17,269 nucleotides of DNA from a bacterium (GTDB taxonomy: Bacteria; Zhuqueibacterota; Zhuqueibacteria; Oceanimicrobiales; Oceanimicrobiaceae). The translations under genes and the position numbers were made by a program. Under the pieces are notes generated by a model. The model made no database searches. It was not told the origin of the DNA and was given only the letters and a program-made list of their open reading frames with translations. Numbering within the stretch: position 1 is the stretch's first letter; each line of letters opens with the position of its first letter. The DNA is taken from positions 1-17,269 of the forward strand of contig JBHIAC010000064.1 of NCBI GenBank assembly GCA_046758365.1. The letters run 5' to 3'. Below are positions 15,851 to 17,269 of this stretch, piece by piece.

Positions 15851-16198
15851 GGGATTTCAAAAGTCTTTTATAAGGAAAATCGAGGTTTGAAAATTTTGAG
15901 ACTCTTGGGCCAGACCTTTAGAATTAAGTGGGGGGTTGGTCATAAAAAGTGCAGGAAATCTCTTCTATGATTGTGATTAATAGATATTAATCTACCTATT
16001 TGAAGGAGAAATCATCTCAATGATATTGCAAAGCTTTTCTTGAATTAAAAGTTTGTAGTTTTTTAAAAATTCAATATCAAAATAGGGGCCATGATTAGAA
16101 TTCTCATTTGCAAATAAATGTAAACTGGGTAGATTGTTAAATATTAAACAATCCTGTGTAGTTTTTTTCCCCTGATTAATTTTCTTTTTGCCTCTCAT

Positions 16199-16840
16199 TT
16201 AAATTAGCTGTCCTTTTTTTAAATTTATATTTGAAGCTTTCATTACGTAAACAACATCGTACGGGTTAAGTTTAAAATTTCTATTTGATCCTCTACCAGT
16301 GATATTTTTTTTAATGTTAATTTTGTACATTTTTACACCATCTATACCTTTATTCCTGAAAATAAGTACTTCGTATTCCATCGTTTTGTCTTTCAAGCCC
16401 CCGGCTAATAAAATTCCTTGCACCAGAGTAATATTCCCTTTAAATTTCATAACCCCCGGTTGTTTAACTTCACCGCCAATGTATATCGCGAAATTTTTTG
16501 TTTCATGTACTTTGACTTCAATTTTAGGCTCAACCAACATGTAGCTGTATTTTTCATATAAGAGTTCTTCCAGAGCTTTTGGCGACAAACCAGAAAAATT
16601 CATGGCTCCTAAAGCTTTTAAAGATGCCGTACCATCCGTATTGACAATGATGGTTTGGTTAAAATCTGGATAATTTTCAAACTTTAATTCAATAACATCA
16701 CCCACACGTATTTTATAAGTTGATTCATTTGACTCTCCAGCCACAGGCAGCAATCTTGGTGATATTGTACAAGCAGTGAGAAAAAACACCGCTACTTCAA
16801 AATAAATCACCTGTCTAACAATCAATATTAACTTTTTCAT
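16199..16840 (-). CDS. Polysaccharide export (Wza/OPX-like) lipoprotein
   Basis: YKIRVGDVI...V..DG...L..LG Poly_export domain, YIGGEVKQPG...AGG SLBB domain, LNPYDVVYV, lipobox LTA-C. Start set at MKKLIL (16840) because the track's TTG at 16900 lies inside the sigma-54 promoter. Confidence 0.85.
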   Translation of the reverse strand: MKKLILIVRQVIYFEVAVFFLTACTISPRLLPVAGESNESTYKIRVGDVIELKFENYPDFNQTIIVNTDGTASLKALGAMNFSGLSPKALEELLYEKYSYMLVEPKIEVKVHETKNFAIYIGGEVKQPGVMKFKGNITLVQGILLAGGLKDKTMEYEVLIFRNKGIDGVKMYKINIKKNITGRGSNRNFKLNPYDVVYVMKASNINLKKGQLI

Positions 16841-16883
16841 TCTGAGAACCTCTGGTTTTTGTCGTTGATCTGGCTGCTTAGAA

Positions 16884-16900
16884 AGCAATGGATATGCCAA
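16884..16900 (-). promoter_or_regulatory. Sigma-54 (-24/-12) promoter
   Basis: TTGGCATATCCATTGCT on the minus strand, with exact GG-N10-GC spacing, about 45 nt upstream of ATG 16840. Confidence 0.75.
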
Positions 16901-17225
16901 CCTTTAGGCATAAGAGGATTTTTAGTTAACTTTCTTAAATTGAGTGTGTTTAATAAGTAGCCCTTAGCCACCAGATACTACAATATGTGGGCCGCAATTA
17001 TATTTGACCTACACTATATTGTGATTGATTGGATAAGATTTGAAATCTTGAATAGTCTCAAATTCATACCTGAAATCATCAATAAATATTAATAATTTGA
17101 CTGTCTCGAATTATAATATGTCGAATTGAGGGATTTTGTCTCATTGACTAACAGGACATTGTTGTTGGATGTTAAAGAGGATGAAGAACTAACTGGTGTT
17201 TAACCGAAAGCAATAGATTCTAGCC

Positions 17226-17259
17226 GTCATTGCGAGGCGTTTTTTGCCGAAGCAATCTC
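17226..17259. repeat. Left arm of a GTCATTGCGAG...GAAGCAATCTC palindromic intergenic repeat (probably cut by the window end)
   Basis: GTCATTGCGAGGCGTTTTTTGCCGAAGCAATCTC resembles a widespread family of REP-like/RPE-like repeats. Confidence 0.6.
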
Positions 17260-17269
17260 ATATCTACCT

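Noticed and set aside
15992..16544. ORFs 15992-16198 (-) and 16299-16544 (+)
   Set aside because: The second is antisense to the Wza-like gene. The first abuts the Wza-like stop and could be a small gene or a frameshifted tail, but I see no motif to support it.
16957..16981. JUMPstart/ops-like sequence upstream of the Wza-like gene
   Set aside because: It lacks the GGCGGTAG core and lies upstream of the sigma-54 promoter, so it would not be in that transcript

Overview
AT-rich bacterial chromosomal window, plausibly from a Gram-negative FCB-type lineage such as KSB1 or Calditrichota (inference from gene content and signal peptides, not provable here). From left to right it holds: the end of a YHS-domain gene, a Cys/His-rich lipoprotein and a zinc-ribbon/CcmH-like protein; an ACE-like M2 metallopeptidase lipoprotein; three hypothetical genes; a divergent cluster of an extended SDR, serine palmitoyltransferase and a GNAT acyltransferase that matches the bacterial ceramide pathway (CerR/Spt/bCerS); a manC-hypothetical-PTS EIIA-C4 zinc ribbon operon; trxA; a likely outer-membrane protein; a cellulose-synthase-like GT2; and a Wza-like polysaccharide export lipoprotein behind a clear sigma-54 promoter. 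The intergenic DNA is highly structured. It includes a 166-bp nested-inverted-repeat MITE-like element with a TTA duplication, a switch-like 5' leader, an attenuator-like terminator ahead of manC, a 15-bp inverted repeat bracketing a divergent gene pair, and several REP-like palindromes. I found no rRNA, tRNA, CRISPR array or transposase.
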